DNA of 64,000 nucleotides. Origin: an uncultured virus (IMG/VR IMGVR_UViG_3300044843_001102). Taxonomy: Duplodnaviria; Heunggongvirae; Uroviricota; Caudoviricetes. A program made the translations under genes and the position numbers. The notes under the pieces are model-generated. The model worked only from the letters and a program-made list of their open reading frames with translations. It ran no database searches and was not told where the DNA came from. Shown piece by piece: positions 10,431-20,699 of this stretch (position 1 is its first letter; the number at the start of each line of letters is the position of its first letter). The DNA lies in IMG/VR virus record IMGVR_UViG_3300044843_001102. One strand, given 5' to 3'.

Positions 10431-11537
10431 CTACTTGCATACTTTCACCAATCTTTCAAATACGAGTTTTTCAACTTGATTATGTCTATTTTTTATTGGA
10501 TCAATAAAATAATTTTTGTGTATTTTAGATTCTTCAAAAAGAGATGGATAAATATCAGAAAGTTTCATTGAAAAAAGTTTTCCAAAACTAATTCCAACTT
10601 CTTTTGCCACTTGCTTTTCAAATTGTTCTCTTTCATCGCTTTGTGAGCGACTCATTCCTCCGACTCTAAACATTATTAATTTTTTATATTTTTCACCATT
10701 TTTTCCAAATATTTCTTTTGCTTTTTTTACTGCTTCTTTACCTGAATTTCCTTCTTTCATTAAATAAGCAACAAAAAGTTTTGGTAAATCCATAAAACTT
10801 TCTTTACCTAATTTATAACTTGATGCGGATTGTCCAACTGTTTCATTTAATTCATCAAATGCTACATTTAGATCATTTAATGTTACTTTTTTCTCTTTTT
10901 CTTTTTCTGGCGTAGCTGATCCACTGCCTACTGTTGCTGGTGCTGCTGATTGTGCTGGTGCTGCTGATTGTGCTGGTGCTGCTGGTTGTGCTGGTGCTGC
11001 TGATTGTGCTGGTGCTGCTGATTGTGCTGGTGCTGCTGTTGCTGCTGCTCCTGTTGCTGCTGTTGCTGGTTGTGCTTCTTTTGCTATAGTTTGATCGTCG
11101 TATTTACCTGTTACTTGTGCTCCTATCTTTTCTTGATATTCTTTCAAAGCAGCTTCAGTATGTTTACCAAATTTACCATCGGCTCCAAAACGCAAGGGAA
11201 TACCTTTATCAATTATTTTTTGTTGTAGTTCTTCTACATTATCGCCTTTACAACCTCTCTTTAAATCTGGACCTGGACATCTTTTCCATTTAGATTTTGG
11301 TCTTACTACGACTGGAGTTCCTCTACCACCTCTTGATTCATCGTCTGCTACAGTTCCTCTACCACCTCTTGATTCATCGTCTGCTACAGTTCCTCTACCA
11401 CCTCTTGATTCATCGTCTGCTACAGTTCCTCTACCACCTCTTGATTCATCGTCTTGCTCATATAAAAGAGAGGCGGGTGAAATATTATTAGAAAATTTTT
11501 TTCTGTTGTTAAAAAATTTATTCATTTTTGGTCCCAA
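10431..11537 (-). CDS. Peptidoglycan-binding-domain protein with repeats
   Basis: LKRGCKGDNVEELQ..ADGKFGKHTEAALKEYQ PG_binding_1 pattern. Confidence 0.75.
   Translation of the reverse strand: MGPKMNKFFNNRKKFSNNISPASLLYEQDDESRGGRGTVADDESRGGRGTVADDESRGGRGTVADDESRGGRGTPVVVRPKSKWKRCPGPDLKRGCKGDNVEELQQKIIDKGIPLRFGADGKFGKHTEAALKEYQEKIGAQVTGKYDDQTIAKEAQPATAATGAAATAAPAQSAAPAQSAAPAQPAAPAQSAAPAQSAAPATVGSGSATPEKEKEKKVTLNDLNVAFDELNETVGQSASSYKLGKESFMDLPKLFVAYLMKEGNSGKEAVKKAKEIFGKNGEKYKKLIMFRVGGMSRSQSDEREQFEKQVAKEVGISFGKLFSMKLSDIYPSLFEESKIHKNYFIDPIKNRHNQVEKLVFERLVKVCK
10936..11070. repeat. 18-bp coding tandem repeat (PAQSAA) and Ala/Thr-rich linker
   Basis: gctgctgattgtgctggt units. Confidence 0.9.
11316..11454. 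repeat. 36-bp coding tandem repeat, about 4 copies (DDESRGGRGTVA)
   Basis: agttcctctaccacctcttgattcatcgtctgctac units. Confidence 0.95.
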
Positions 11538-11546
11538 AATTATTGT

Positions 11547-12962
11547 TTATGATTTTTTTCTTTCTTTTTCGTATGCATCTATAATTTTTTTATCTTTTGG
11601 AATACTTGGATTAAGTTCTTCTTCCTCAAATTGTTTTTCTCCTACAGTTTCTGCTGGTAAATAATATTTACCGTTTCTTTTAATTACAGTAAATGTAAGA
11701 GTTTTTCCTTCTTTAGATACTATTTTAACTTTTAGTTCAGGCCCATTGACTTCTTCAGCTTTTTGAGGCGCTGGACTTGGAGTATAATCACCATCTTTTG
11801 GTGCTGGTTTTTCTTTTGGTGCCTCTGGAACTAAATTTTGGTTTACTAATTCATCTAATTTTCTAAGAATAACATAACCAGTATCTACAAACTGTTGTTC
11901 ATCAGCTGGACGACTTCGTAAACTTTCAGTAAATGTTTTAGAAGCCATTTCACATTTATATCTTGTTATCCAATCCCATTTTTGTGCATTTTGAATATCT
12001 CGATTACATTCTCCTATTAATTTTTTGGCCATACCATCTGGTGGAAAGTATCTAGAACCAGTATAACCAAGCATGTCAGCAAGATATGCCACAGGGCCTC
12101 CAATTGTAACGATCGCTCCAGTTCCTACAAGAGTTTTATTAAAGATTCTTTCAAACCAATTTGGTGGTGATTTAGCAGCGGCTTCAAAACCCGAAATTCT
12201 ACCTTGAACAAAACTATCAAAAAGTCTGCTATACCAAGTATTTGCATTCTTCATTAAGTCGGAATCCGACTTAACAATATAAGCTAAATCATGCACAGAA
12301 AATCCCCTAGGAAGATTTGCTTTTTTATATTCCATAAGAAGATTATAAAAACCTTTAACATAGTCATCAAAATTAACACTATTTTTCTTAAGTTGATCAA
12401 TTCGTACTGAAAAATCACGGTAAAAATCTTGAACTACTTCAAGGGAAGTAGAAGCGGGTACTGGCATTAAAGGAGGGTCTACGGGTCGAACAGTAGTTGT
12501 TCCACCAGTTTGTGCTCCACCAGTTTGTGCTCCACCAACTTGTGTACCTTGAGAAAAGTCTTTTACTGTTGGTGATTTTTGTCCAAGGCTTAAATCTTTA
12601 TTTAATTTCTTTGCAATATCAGACTTTGTTTGATTATAAACTTTTACAGCTTCTGCTGGATCCATCTGATCAACATTTTTTGCAGTTAATGTGTTTTGGG
12701 CTTCTATATAAATTCGTCTTACAATACCATCAAGATCTGCGGGAAGTGATTTTCCAGATTTTTTTATAGAAGTAATGGTATCTTGTATTATATCTTCAAA
12801 AACATCAGAAGTGCGCAAGTTACTCATATCAAGATTTTTTATTGCCGCAACAACCTCGTCCCACCAAGAAGCGCCACCTGTAACTTCTTTTAATAATCTT
12901 TCATATAAAAGTTCAGAATTTTTAACTTTTAATTTACTATAAAATTTTTCGTTAATTAACAT
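11547..12962 (-). CDS. Hypothetical protein (probable virion protein)
   Basis: 471 aa ORF, ACTATTTA motif and AGGAG RBS upstream. Confidence 0.55.
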   Translation of the reverse strand: MLINEKFYSKLKVKNSELLYERLLKEVTGGASWWDEVVAAIKNLDMSNLRTSDVFEDIIQDTITSIKKSGKSLPADLDGIVRRIYIEAQNTLTAKNVDQMDPAEAVKVYNQTKSDIAKKLNKDLSLGQKSPTVKDFSQGTQVGGAQTGGAQTGGTTTVRPVDPPLMPVPASTSLEVVQDFYRDFSVRIDQLKKNSVNFDDYVKGFYNLLMEYKKANLPRGFSVHDLAYIVKSDSDLMKNANTWYSRLFDSFVQGRISGFEAAAKSPPNWFERIFNKTLVGTGAIVTIGGPVAYLADMLGYTGSRYFPPDGMAKKLIGECNRDIQNAQKWDWITRYKCEMASKTFTESLRSRPADEQQFVDTGYVILRKLDELVNQNLVPEAPKEKPAPKDGDYTPSPAPQKAEEVNGPELKVKIVSKEGKTLTFTVIKRNGKYYLPAETVGEKQFEEEELNPSIPKDKKIIDAYEKERKKS

Positions 12963-13028
12963 TTTCTTCTCCTACCCTTGGTATATCTTAAATAGTTTTA
13001 TTTTTCTTTTATTGCCTTTGTTTCTTAC

Positions 13029-14495
13029 TTATTTAACTACAACTCCCCTTCCACCTCTTGTTTCATCATCTATTCTACTTCTTTTTCGAGGAGGTCTTGA
13101 TGCTGGAAGCCCTGTAGAACCGTATGGTCTTGTTGCCGGAAGACCTGGTGATCCAAACGGTCGCGACTTACCAGTACTTTCATCGGATAAATATTGTTTA
13201 TCATCTTTTTCTGTTGGATCACCATATTCTGTTTTATTTTGATAAAAATTGTTGTAATTATTTTGCGCTCTTTTTTGCCACATCTCAAGAGCGCTTTTAA
13301 TATCTTCAATTACTTCTTCTGATGTTTTATCATATTCTCTTCGTTTTAAATCACGAAAAACTAGACTATTTTTAATTTTTTCATCAAAAACCGAACTTGG
13401 TCCACTAATGTTCAATTCTGGAATTTCAATTGTAATCTTTTCTTTATTTATAACTGCAAATTTATTACAAAATTCAATGTTTGCTCTTTCTTTACACCAG
13501 TTTTTTATACTGGCATATGCTTTTGCTTTTCTTTCTTCTTCCTTCTTTTTTGCTAGTTCATCAGAAGATGTAAGACTTGCAGTAGAAGTAGCAGCGCCAG
13601 CAACTTGTAACACTCTCATGCCTGTAGAAATTGGTTGTCCACTTTTCATGTTATCTATAACATTTTGATATCTATTGGCACTAGTTGCATCATATTTTGA
13701 TATACTGTCACCAATAATCTCTTCTAACTTTCTAATACCATCTTGACCATCAGGGATGTTTTTGCCAGATTGTATAATTTGCTCCGCTTTTTTGTGGGCA
13801 TTGTTTAAACTTTGACCCGCAGATCTAAACTGAGGTGAATTACTCTTTTCTAATCTGCTAACTACTTTTTTAATATTAGGATTTGCTAATAGACGTAAAG
13901 TATCCATTATTTTTCCAGATCTTATCATCGTCTTTAGTCCAATGATGGTAACTTTTACTCCAACAGCTCCCAATATTCCGACACCAGTTTCGGCAGCGGC
14001 GATATTTGAAGCGACTTGGATAGATCCAAATATTAAAGGCAAAAGTCCAATTTTTTGACCTTGACTTAAAAGAACAACTCCTTGAGTTAAATCCGCAAGC
14101 CCAGTTGGATCAGCAATACTCAATATATCTAGTCCATATGTAATAGCAGCAACGGGATCGTTTTTTAAAACCCACATGGTATCTTTTCCCATCATTTCAA
14201 ACATTTTTTTTATAGATTCGTAGTTTGCTCCCTTAAATGCTTTATAAAATTCCACCCAATTATCATAAAGAATAAATTTTGTTGCATTATAAAAGATTGA
14301 TGGTTGACAATTTGGATCATTTGGATTTTTTTTACAAAATCTTTTTGTTACTTCAGTTGGAGAATTTGGATCTTCTGGTGGCATTTCTACATAAAAATCA
14401 TCAAAAGGAGACCACTCATTTAATAAAAAATTTAATTCATTAAGAATTTGTTTTTTTAATATTGATTGTTTTAATCTTCTTTCGGACAAAAACAT
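13029..14495 (-). CDS. Hypothetical protein with a glycine-rich hydrophobic segment (pre-toxin TG-like)
   Basis: DILSIADPTGLADLTQG followed by hydrophobic helices. Confidence 0.45.
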   Translation of the reverse strand: MFLSERRLKQSILKKQILNELNFLLNEWSPFDDFYVEMPPEDPNSPTEVTKRFCKKNPNDPNCQPSIFYNATKFILYDNWVEFYKAFKGANYESIKKMFEMMGKDTMWVLKNDPVAAITYGLDILSIADPTGLADLTQGVVLLSQGQKIGLLPLIFGSIQVASNIAAAETGVGILGAVGVKVTIIGLKTMIRSGKIMDTLRLLANPNIKKVVSRLEKSNSPQFRSAGQSLNNAHKKAEQIIQSGKNIPDGQDGIRKLEEIIGDSISKYDATSANRYQNVIDNMKSGQPISTGMRVLQVAGAATSTASLTSSDELAKKKEEERKAKAYASIKNWCKERANIEFCNKFAVINKEKITIEIPELNISGPSSVFDEKIKNSLVFRDLKRREYDKTSEEVIEDIKSALEMWQKRAQNNYNNFYQNKTEYGDPTEKDDKQYLSDESTGKSRPFGSPGLPATRPYGSTGLPASRPPRKRSRIDDETRGGRGVVVK

Positions 14496-15712
14496 TATTT
14501 TTTACCTCTGTATTTATAATCGTCTTCCCAGTCTCTAAAAGTCATATTTCCTTTTAAATACGCTTCTTTTTCCATTTTTCTTAAATGTGGATTTTGTTGT
14601 GCATAACCATGAATCGTTGGTTGATTTTTCTTAAATTCTCCGCGAATGTTTTGTCTATGATGAACCATCTCGTGAGCAAGAGATCTTAAAACGTCTTTTA
14701 CGTGTCTATTGGTCACAAAGATATGAATTTTGTTTTCTTGATTTACATATCCACCAGTTCTACCTAAAACTTTTTTAGAATTTTTTTCATCCTCTTCAAG
14801 GATAATTTTAACTGGTTTTGTTATTTTTAGTTCTTTTTTTAAGAACATTAAAAGTGAATCAAAATATTTCTTATTATTTTCATAAATTTTATTTTTGGAT
14901 TTATCTTGAACATGAAATAATTTTTCATCAATTGATTCTGTAAATACAGATTTAACTTTTTCCCAAGCAGAAGATCCAATATCTTTTATATAATCATAAG
15001 CCTTTGATAAAACTCCAGGCTCTTCATCATCAGAAGTGGATAGTAAACTTGGTAGATATGTTTCAGGGTTACTAATATCAAATTTAGTTAAATTTTCAGG
15101 ACCGCTTGAAACTGAAGAACCTCCAGATGCTAATTGATCCATCGGAAAATTTTCAGGACATCCAGTATTAACAAAATTTCTATGTCTAAACAAAGTATAT
15201 CCGCCACCTTCTTTCTGCCACTCGGGCCATCTCATTGGTCCTTTATCTGGAGCAACAACTAATCCAAAATTATATTTTTTTGCTAACGCTTGAACAAGTC
15301 TTCTTACTGCATCTATTTGAGCAGGAGGCCATTTTGCTCCGCTTAGGTGTGTTAAATCTATTCCTATTGTATGTTCATTTGCCCCACCACCAGTTGCCCA
15401 AGAAACTCTATCTGCTGGGATATATTCGTAAATTGTTCCATCTTTATCTACTTCGTAATTTGTAGATTTTGGACTTTTACTGTATTTTAAGGTTGCAAAA
15501 GTGGCAGAAGGAGTATTGCCAGCAGTATGATGAATTACGACGCCTTTTATTGGTTTAGTTCTTTCAGAAGATCTAAATTCTAAACCATGTTTAACAATTA
15601 CGTTAACATCACCAATTTTTTTTGTTTCTTGTTCTTTTAATACAAGTTTATTTGCCTCTTTGTGTTCGGCAACAAAGTCTAACCAATCATGAGTTAAATT
15701 ATCATTTCTCAT
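14495..15712 (-). CDS. N-acetylmuramoyl-L-alanine amidase fused to a HExxH domain
   Basis: VVIHHTAG, SWATG, N..TIGID, HR...TGCP; C-terminal RSLAHEMVHH. Confidence 0.85.
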   Translation of the reverse strand: MRNDNLTHDWLDFVAEHKEANKLVLKEQETKKIGDVNVIVKHGLEFRSSERTKPIKGVVIHHTAGNTPSATFATLKYSKSPKSTNYEVDKDGTIYEYIPADRVSWATGGGANEHTIGIDLTHLSGAKWPPAQIDAVRRLVQALAKKYNFGLVVAPDKGPMRWPEWQKEGGGYTLFRHRNFVNTGCPENFPMDQLASGGSSVSSGPENLTKFDISNPETYLPSLLSTSDDEEPGVLSKAYDYIKDIGSSAWEKVKSVFTESIDEKLFHVQDKSKNKIYENNKKYFDSLLMFLKKELKITKPVKIILEEDEKNSKKVLGRTGGYVNQENKIHIFVTNRHVKDVLRSLAHEMVHHRQNIRGEFKKNQPTIHGYAQQNPHLRKMEKEAYLKGNMTFRDWEDDYKYRGKK

Positions 15713-16088
15713 TATCTCGATTTCTTATATTGTTGATATTCTAGGTAGTGATAAACATCGCTAATTTTTGAGGTTGCTTCTACAATTTTTTCTTGTACCC
15801 ACTCTTCAGTATCACAACCCTCTTCCATTAAATCATGGAGTTTGGCAGCATAAACGGAGAGTTGAAAAAGATTTTGTTTAATCATTTCTTGTTCTTCACC
15901 ACCATCTGTGTGTCCATCATCCATATGCATTTCATAATCATGACTATAGTTGTGATCTTCTTCAAAATCATCATGACCGAAAGAACTGTGAGAACCTTGA
16001 TGAACCTCAACTGGCTCAGCAAATCCAACAAATTGCTCAGAAACAAGTTTTTGATTAACTGCTTTTCTTAGTGTATTAATGTCTAACT

Positions 16089-16880
16089 TCATTTTTTCTC
16101 TCCATGTTGTTTGCCTGTATACTTAATTGTCATACTAACTAGTTCTCTTGGTTCGCCAAAGTGTTTCTCAATGAGATCAATATTTTTTCCATCGTCGTCA
16201 GAAAAACCAACTTTAATTGGCATATATTTATTTATTTTTTGACAATAATCAATAAATTCACCTAATGCTTGAACTTTTGCTTGTTCTGGACTTGCCATTG
16301 ATGCCATTGGTCCAAAAGAAACAGGATAGAATTTACAAAGATCTAAGTATCCCTGAATTGAACTATCTTTATTAGTTTTGTTAAAAAGTTTATTGTATTT
16401 TTGAATATTTCTTTTTACTTCCCCAGAATTAATTCCATCATGATTCGAGATTATATATTTATATACCGCTCTTTTAAGGGTAGATGGTTTGTGTCCTCTT
16501 GCTGTAATAATAGCAAAAATTGATGCTGAATTAATACATTCGACAAAATCATTCCAAGAAGGAGCAGGTTCCGCAGAACGAATATCTTTTAAGAATTGTC
16601 CATCACCTGCAACTCTAAAGTTTCTAAATGGATTTGAGGCGAAGTCTTTTACGACAACACCTTCATAATCAAATTCTTCTTTGCCGATCATTCCTCTATA
16701 GTGAGCAAAATCTTCTGTTCCCATGCCAACTTCATTACCAGATTTATCTAAAAGAATAATTTTTGTTGGCATTTCAACAATATTATCATCCCAGTCAAAA
16801 GCATAATATTTGAAGTTGTGCTCTCCATCTTCAATACCTTCTTCAATATAATTTTGCCAATTTTCTACAATTAATTTCAT
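16089..16880 (-). CDS. HAD-superfamily phosphatase-like protein
   Basis: FDWDD motif I, ITARGH motif II, GFSDDD motif IV. Confidence 0.75.
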   Translation of the reverse strand: MKLIVENWQNYIEEGIEDGEHNFKYYAFDWDDNIVEMPTKIILLDKSGNEVGMGTEDFAHYRGMIGKEEFDYEGVVVKDFASNPFRNFRVAGDGQFLKDIRSAEPAPSWNDFVECINSASIFAIITARGHKPSTLKRAVYKYIISNHDGINSGEVKRNIQKYNKLFNKTNKDSSIQGYLDLCKFYPVSFGPMASMASPEQAKVQALGEFIDYCQKINKYMPIKVGFSDDDGKNIDLIEKHFGEPRELVSMTIKYTGKQHGEKK

Positions 16881-16885
16881 TTTGC

Positions 16886-17245
16886 TTAATCCAATGTTAG
16901 TAGATATTTGAGTTTATTTACTTCTCCAAGCATTTCGTCTCTAATATTCAAAAGATCACTATCTTTTGTCGAATCATATTCTTCGCTCATTTCAATTAAA
17001 AATTGCTCTATTTCTTCAAGATAATCTTTAATTTGAACATCATTCATGTTTGAAACTTGGATTGAACCATCAGTTTTTACTCTACCATATTTGCCCATTT
17101 GGGTTTCAACAAATTGATCGATTAAATCACCCATAGTAGAATAAAAGTCTCCATATGCGTTATGACGAGCATAAGACTTAGTCTGCCAGTGAAGAATTCT
17201 GAATTGTTGTTCGTATTCTATTAATTTATCAATAATATTATTCAT
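16886..17245 (-). CDS. Ferritin/Dps-like protein (DUF5856-like)
   Basis: LHWQTKSYARH..YGDFY...DLIDQFVE and KLKYLLTL. Confidence 0.75.
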   Translation of the reverse strand: MNNIIDKLIEYEQQFRILHWQTKSYARHNAYGDFYSTMGDLIDQFVETQMGKYGRVKTDGSIQVSNMNDVQIKDYLEEIEQFLIEMSEEYDSTKDSDLLNIRDEMLGEVNKLKYLLTLD

Positions 17246-17514
17246 ACAATAAACCTCTCTAACTAAATAGTCGCTTAGAGAGAATTAAGCTTCTGCTGGC
17301 TTTTTATTGTATGCTTGTTTGTAAGATTTTAAATTTTTTAATGATTCACTGATTACTTTATTACCATCTATATTACTTTGTTCTAATTCTTCCAACATAA
17401 ACCAAAGTGATTCGTTTTCATCTTTCAGTTTTTCTATCTCAAACATAAGACGAGAAATCAGTTTTTTTACCTGTTTCTCGTCTAAATATTCGTAATCTTC
17501 CTCTTCACTTTCTA

Positions 17515-17955
17515 TCATTTATCCTCTTTGGATTTTGTTGGAACTGGTTCTGGCATTTTGACTTCAATAGCATCTTGCGGAGGAGATACCAACAATGTAT
17601 CTGATTTTGGAGTTCCTGGTGGGTCGTCCTCTTCATCAATCTTTTGTAGCATTATCTGATCTCTTTGGGAATTATTAAACCAGAAGTCAATGACTCTATT
17701 GTAGGAACCAATGAAGGCACCAAGTATTAGAAGTAGTATCTCTTTCCATTCTTGTTCCATTGTTGCTTTTACCATAATGGAAAGAACGATACCACAGAGA
17801 ATGGCGAGCAATGTAACCATTGTGATAAATGTAATGTACCATCTAACACTCATCATTCTCTGAAAAAGAATGTTGAAACGGTTTGATTTATCTTGTGGAA
17901 CTTGCACTTGACCCTCTGACTTTATTACGTTTGCTAATGCATCTTTTATTGACAT
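17515..17955 (-). CDS. Two-TM membrane protein (holin-like)
   Basis: Two hydrophobic helices ending VIDFWF, located in the lysis-like cluster. Confidence 0.5.
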   Translation of the reverse strand: MSIKDALANVIKSEGQVQVPQDKSNRFNILFQRMMSVRWYITFITMVTLLAILCGIVLSIMVKATMEQEWKEILLLILGAFIGSYNRVIDFWFNNSQRDQIMLQKIDEEDDPPGTPKSDTLLVSPPQDAIEVKMPEPVPTKSKEDK

Positions 17956-17967
17956 TCATTTAATCTC

Positions 17968-18399
17968 CTATAAAATCTTTGCTATGCTTATAACTAGTCC
18001 AGTCGTAACGATAACACCAACTCCGGCACCAATTCCAAACCACAAACCTCTGCTGACTGGCTTGTGACCATTGATTATTTCATTTAATCTTGTTATCTCG
18101 CTATTCTTTGTATCGAGTTGAATCTTGAAGGTTTTTTCAAGCGCTTCCTTTTCATTTTTGCAAGTATCATTTATGAATTTACATTCGCCATCACACTTCT
18201 TTACTAAGAACTCTTTGTCTGCCTCACACTTCTTTATTAACAACTCTTTATCTGTTTCTATTGTGGCAAATGCAGCAGGGTCAAATAGATAACCGGTAAA
18301 TGGAGCCTTCTGACCCTCCTTGATACTTGCTACTTTTCCATCAGCAAATGCTGGCGAAGCAAACATAAAGCATAGAATAATGGCGATTAGTTTGTTCAT
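17968..18399 (-). CDS. Secreted coiled-coil protein with C-terminal TM (spanin-like candidate)
   Basis: Signal peptide, coiled coil, C-terminal TM helix. Confidence 0.4.
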   Translation of the reverse strand: MNKLIAIILCFMFASPAFADGKVASIKEGQKAPFTGYLFDPAAFATIETDKELLIKKCEADKEFLVKKCDGECKFINDTCKNEKEALEKTFKIQLDTKNSEITRLNEIINGHKPVSRGLWFGIGAGVGVIVTTGLVISIAKIL

Positions 18400-18809
18400 G
18401 GAACATCCTCTGTTATTGGAACAACTTCAAAACCAAACTTGTGAGCAAGGTTGTCGAGAACAACTTCTGGGTCTTGTTTGATTTTCTTTGTGAGTTCTTG
18501 AATCTTTGTAACACGCAAATCTTCTAACTCTTTTACCTTTTGATCGTATTCAAGTTGTAAAGAGTCAAGATGGTTTTTGTATTCTTCCATCAATAACTTC
18601 TGCTTTGCTATTGTTTCAGCATTTACTTTATTAATTTGTTCTACTTGAGCATCATAAGCTTTTCTCTGTTTTTCTAGTTCTAAAACATGTTGATGTTGTG
18701 CTTCTTCAAGCGCATCTTTATCAAACTGATTTTTAAACCAGAGACAAGTAGCTAGAATAATTGTAAATACTGCCAGTGTGGGTAGGTTGTCTTTTAACCA
18801 AGTTTTCAT
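18396..18809 (-). CDS. N-terminal TM coiled-coil protein (i-spanin-like candidate)
   Basis: Single TM followed by a long coiled coil; adjacent to the endolysin. Confidence 0.45.
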   Translation of the reverse strand: MKTWLKDNLPTLAVFTIILATCLWFKNQFDKDALEEAQHQHVLELEKQRKAYDAQVEQINKVNAETIAKQKLLMEEYKNHLDSLQLEYDQKVKELEDLRVTKIQELTKKIKQDPEVVLDNLAHKFGFEVVPITEDVP

Positions 18810-18818
18810 TTATACCTC

Positions 18819-19757
18819 TTAGAACCAGTTGACGCCATAAACGTTATCTTTTACTTCGCTCCAGTATACAAACTTTTGAGCTTCATTTAAGGAGTAAACT
18901 TTTAATAATTCTTCACCAAACTTAGAAACATTCTTTGTTAGGGCTTTGTCATATTGGAAATGCCACCATTCAGCACCACCATAGGCTCCACCCTCAAAGA
19001 AACTCTTTCTTGCTGAAATGTTTACGAAACCATGCTTGGCTGCGACTTCTGTGAAATTGAAGGCTTTTACAGTCATCTTCTTTGTTTCTAGAACGGTTTT
19101 ACCGCCTTTTGTTCTACAAACAACGGCATCTAGTGTAACTTCTGGAGCATTTGGTGATTTGCACCACACGGTCCATTTACGAGTTCCTTCAACTCTTACA
19201 CAGAGATAAGGATCTGTATCGAAGTTTTGCATACCAGTTGCCAATGACATATCAAAAGCTAAACCAGTATAATGCATGGAGGTCTTTGATCTTGCAGGAC
19301 CAGCACCAGAGCTTAGGGCACGACGACCACCAGCAGAGGTTACGACACCACCAAGGGCATTTACTTCGGCTTTTAGATTCTTATAAACCACGGAAGCATC
19401 GGTTCTTAATACTGTTGAACCGTAACCGTCTTTACCAGCGACTTTATCGGCGGGGCATGTAACCCAGCCCATCTTTACAGCAGCTTCTTGAACAACTGCG
19501 GGGGGTTCTTCTGGTTGGTCATCAAACTCTGCGCCTTCTTTACCAGCAGCTTTTAGAGCAGCATCAATTGCTTGTAATGTTTTTGGACCAACAACACCGT
19601 CTGCACCAAGACCTTTCTTTGTTTGAAAATCTTTTACAGCGGCTTCTGTATTCTTACCAAATGCTCCATCTACATTGCCCAATTCATAACCTAGATCTTC
19701 TAGGTTTTGTTGCAAAGATGCAACCACTGGACCTGTCATACCTCTTTTAATTAGCAT
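18819..19757 (-). CDS. Endolysin: PG-binding domain + peptidase M15-type catalytic domain
   Basis: VDGAFGKNT..ADGVVGPKT; SMH..GLAFD and EWWHF zinc motifs. Confidence 0.85.
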   Translation of the reverse strand: MLIKRGMTGPVVASLQQNLEDLGYELGNVDGAFGKNTEAAVKDFQTKKGLGADGVVGPKTLQAIDAALKAAGKEGAEFDDQPEEPPAVVQEAAVKMGWVTCPADKVAGKDGYGSTVLRTDASVVYKNLKAEVNALGGVVTSAGGRRALSSGAGPARSKTSMHYTGLAFDMSLATGMQNFDTDPYLCVRVEGTRKWTVWCKSPNAPEVTLDAVVCRTKGGKTVLETKKMTVKAFNFTEVAAKHGFVNISARKSFFEGGAYGGAEWWHFQYDKALTKNVSKFGEELLKVYSLNEAQKFVYWSEVKDNVYGVNWF

Positions 19758-19790
19758 AAATTATCCTCCGTTTGGTATTATAAATAGTTT

Positions 19791-20699
19791 CTAAATGTCG
19801 AAGAAGATTGGAATATCTGAATTCGGTCTGAATCCAAAGTTTCCACTATGTAGATCCAGTGTTACGTGATAACCGTTTTTAACAAATGCTTCGTCCATAA
19901 TTTTATATAATTGTAAACAAATACCTATAAATTGTTTTTCAGATAATTGACGAAGCAAATTTCTAATATCAAAAATGCTGTACAAAAGTCTAAAAAGATT
20001 TTTATTATCACCTATTTTTAAAAGGTGTTCTATTCTTTCTCCTTCATAATCTGATGCACGTGTATCTTCTTTTATTTTTTTTGTTATACTTGTTTTTCTA
20101 AAATCTTGTGTTGCATGTTTCAAATCTACAATATTCATAATTATATATTTAATTCTTGTTCTAATAATATCATTCATTACATCATCAGTGGTCATTGGTT
20201 TTCCTGTTTTACCAGATATACCAGTTTGCGCTGCTTTCGCCATAACTGTAGCGGAGATAAATATCTTATCGTTGCTTCCTATAGTTGCAAATCCTTTTTC
20301 AGAATCTAAAACTCTTAATTCTTTGGGATCAAAATCATCTTGTTCTTGTTTTTTGTAAAGATGAGTGATGTATTCAGTTCCAACTTCTCCGCCTTCATGT
20401 ATAGCATCTTCATCAAGAATTTGAAATTTTAAAATATAATTTTCATGTGGATCTTTTAATGTAAAGGCAAGACCCATTGCTCCTTTACCTAAAAGTTCAT
20501 CAATCTGGTATTCACTCATTATTTTTATAGTATTTGATTCTTTTAATGCATTTATAAATTCTTCTTCAGTATAAAATCTTGATAAATTTAATAAAGTTGC
20601 ATTACCTCTTTCTGGAGATATAAATGAAATATATCGAAGATTATGATTAAGGAAGTTTCTTGTTCCTTCGTTTAATAAAAATTTATACCAATTAATCAT
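19791..20699 (-). CDS. Atypical protein-kinase-like protein
   Basis: LGKGAMG loop, ILK lysine, DLHSGN catalytic loop, terminal FFD. Confidence 0.7.
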   Translation of the reverse strand: MINWYKFLLNEGTRNFLNHNLRYISFISPERGNATLLNLSRFYTEEEFINALKESNTIKIMSEYQIDELLGKGAMGLAFTLKDPHENYILKFQILDEDAIHEGGEVGTEYITHLYKKQEQDDFDPKELRVLDSEKGFATIGSNDKIFISATVMAKAAQTGISGKTGKPMTTDDVMNDIIRTRIKYIIMNIVDLKHATQDFRKTSITKKIKEDTRASDYEGERIEHLLKIGDNKNLFRLLYSIFDIRNLLRQLSEKQFIGICLQLYKIMDEAFVKNGYHVTLDLHSGNFGFRPNSDIPIFFDI

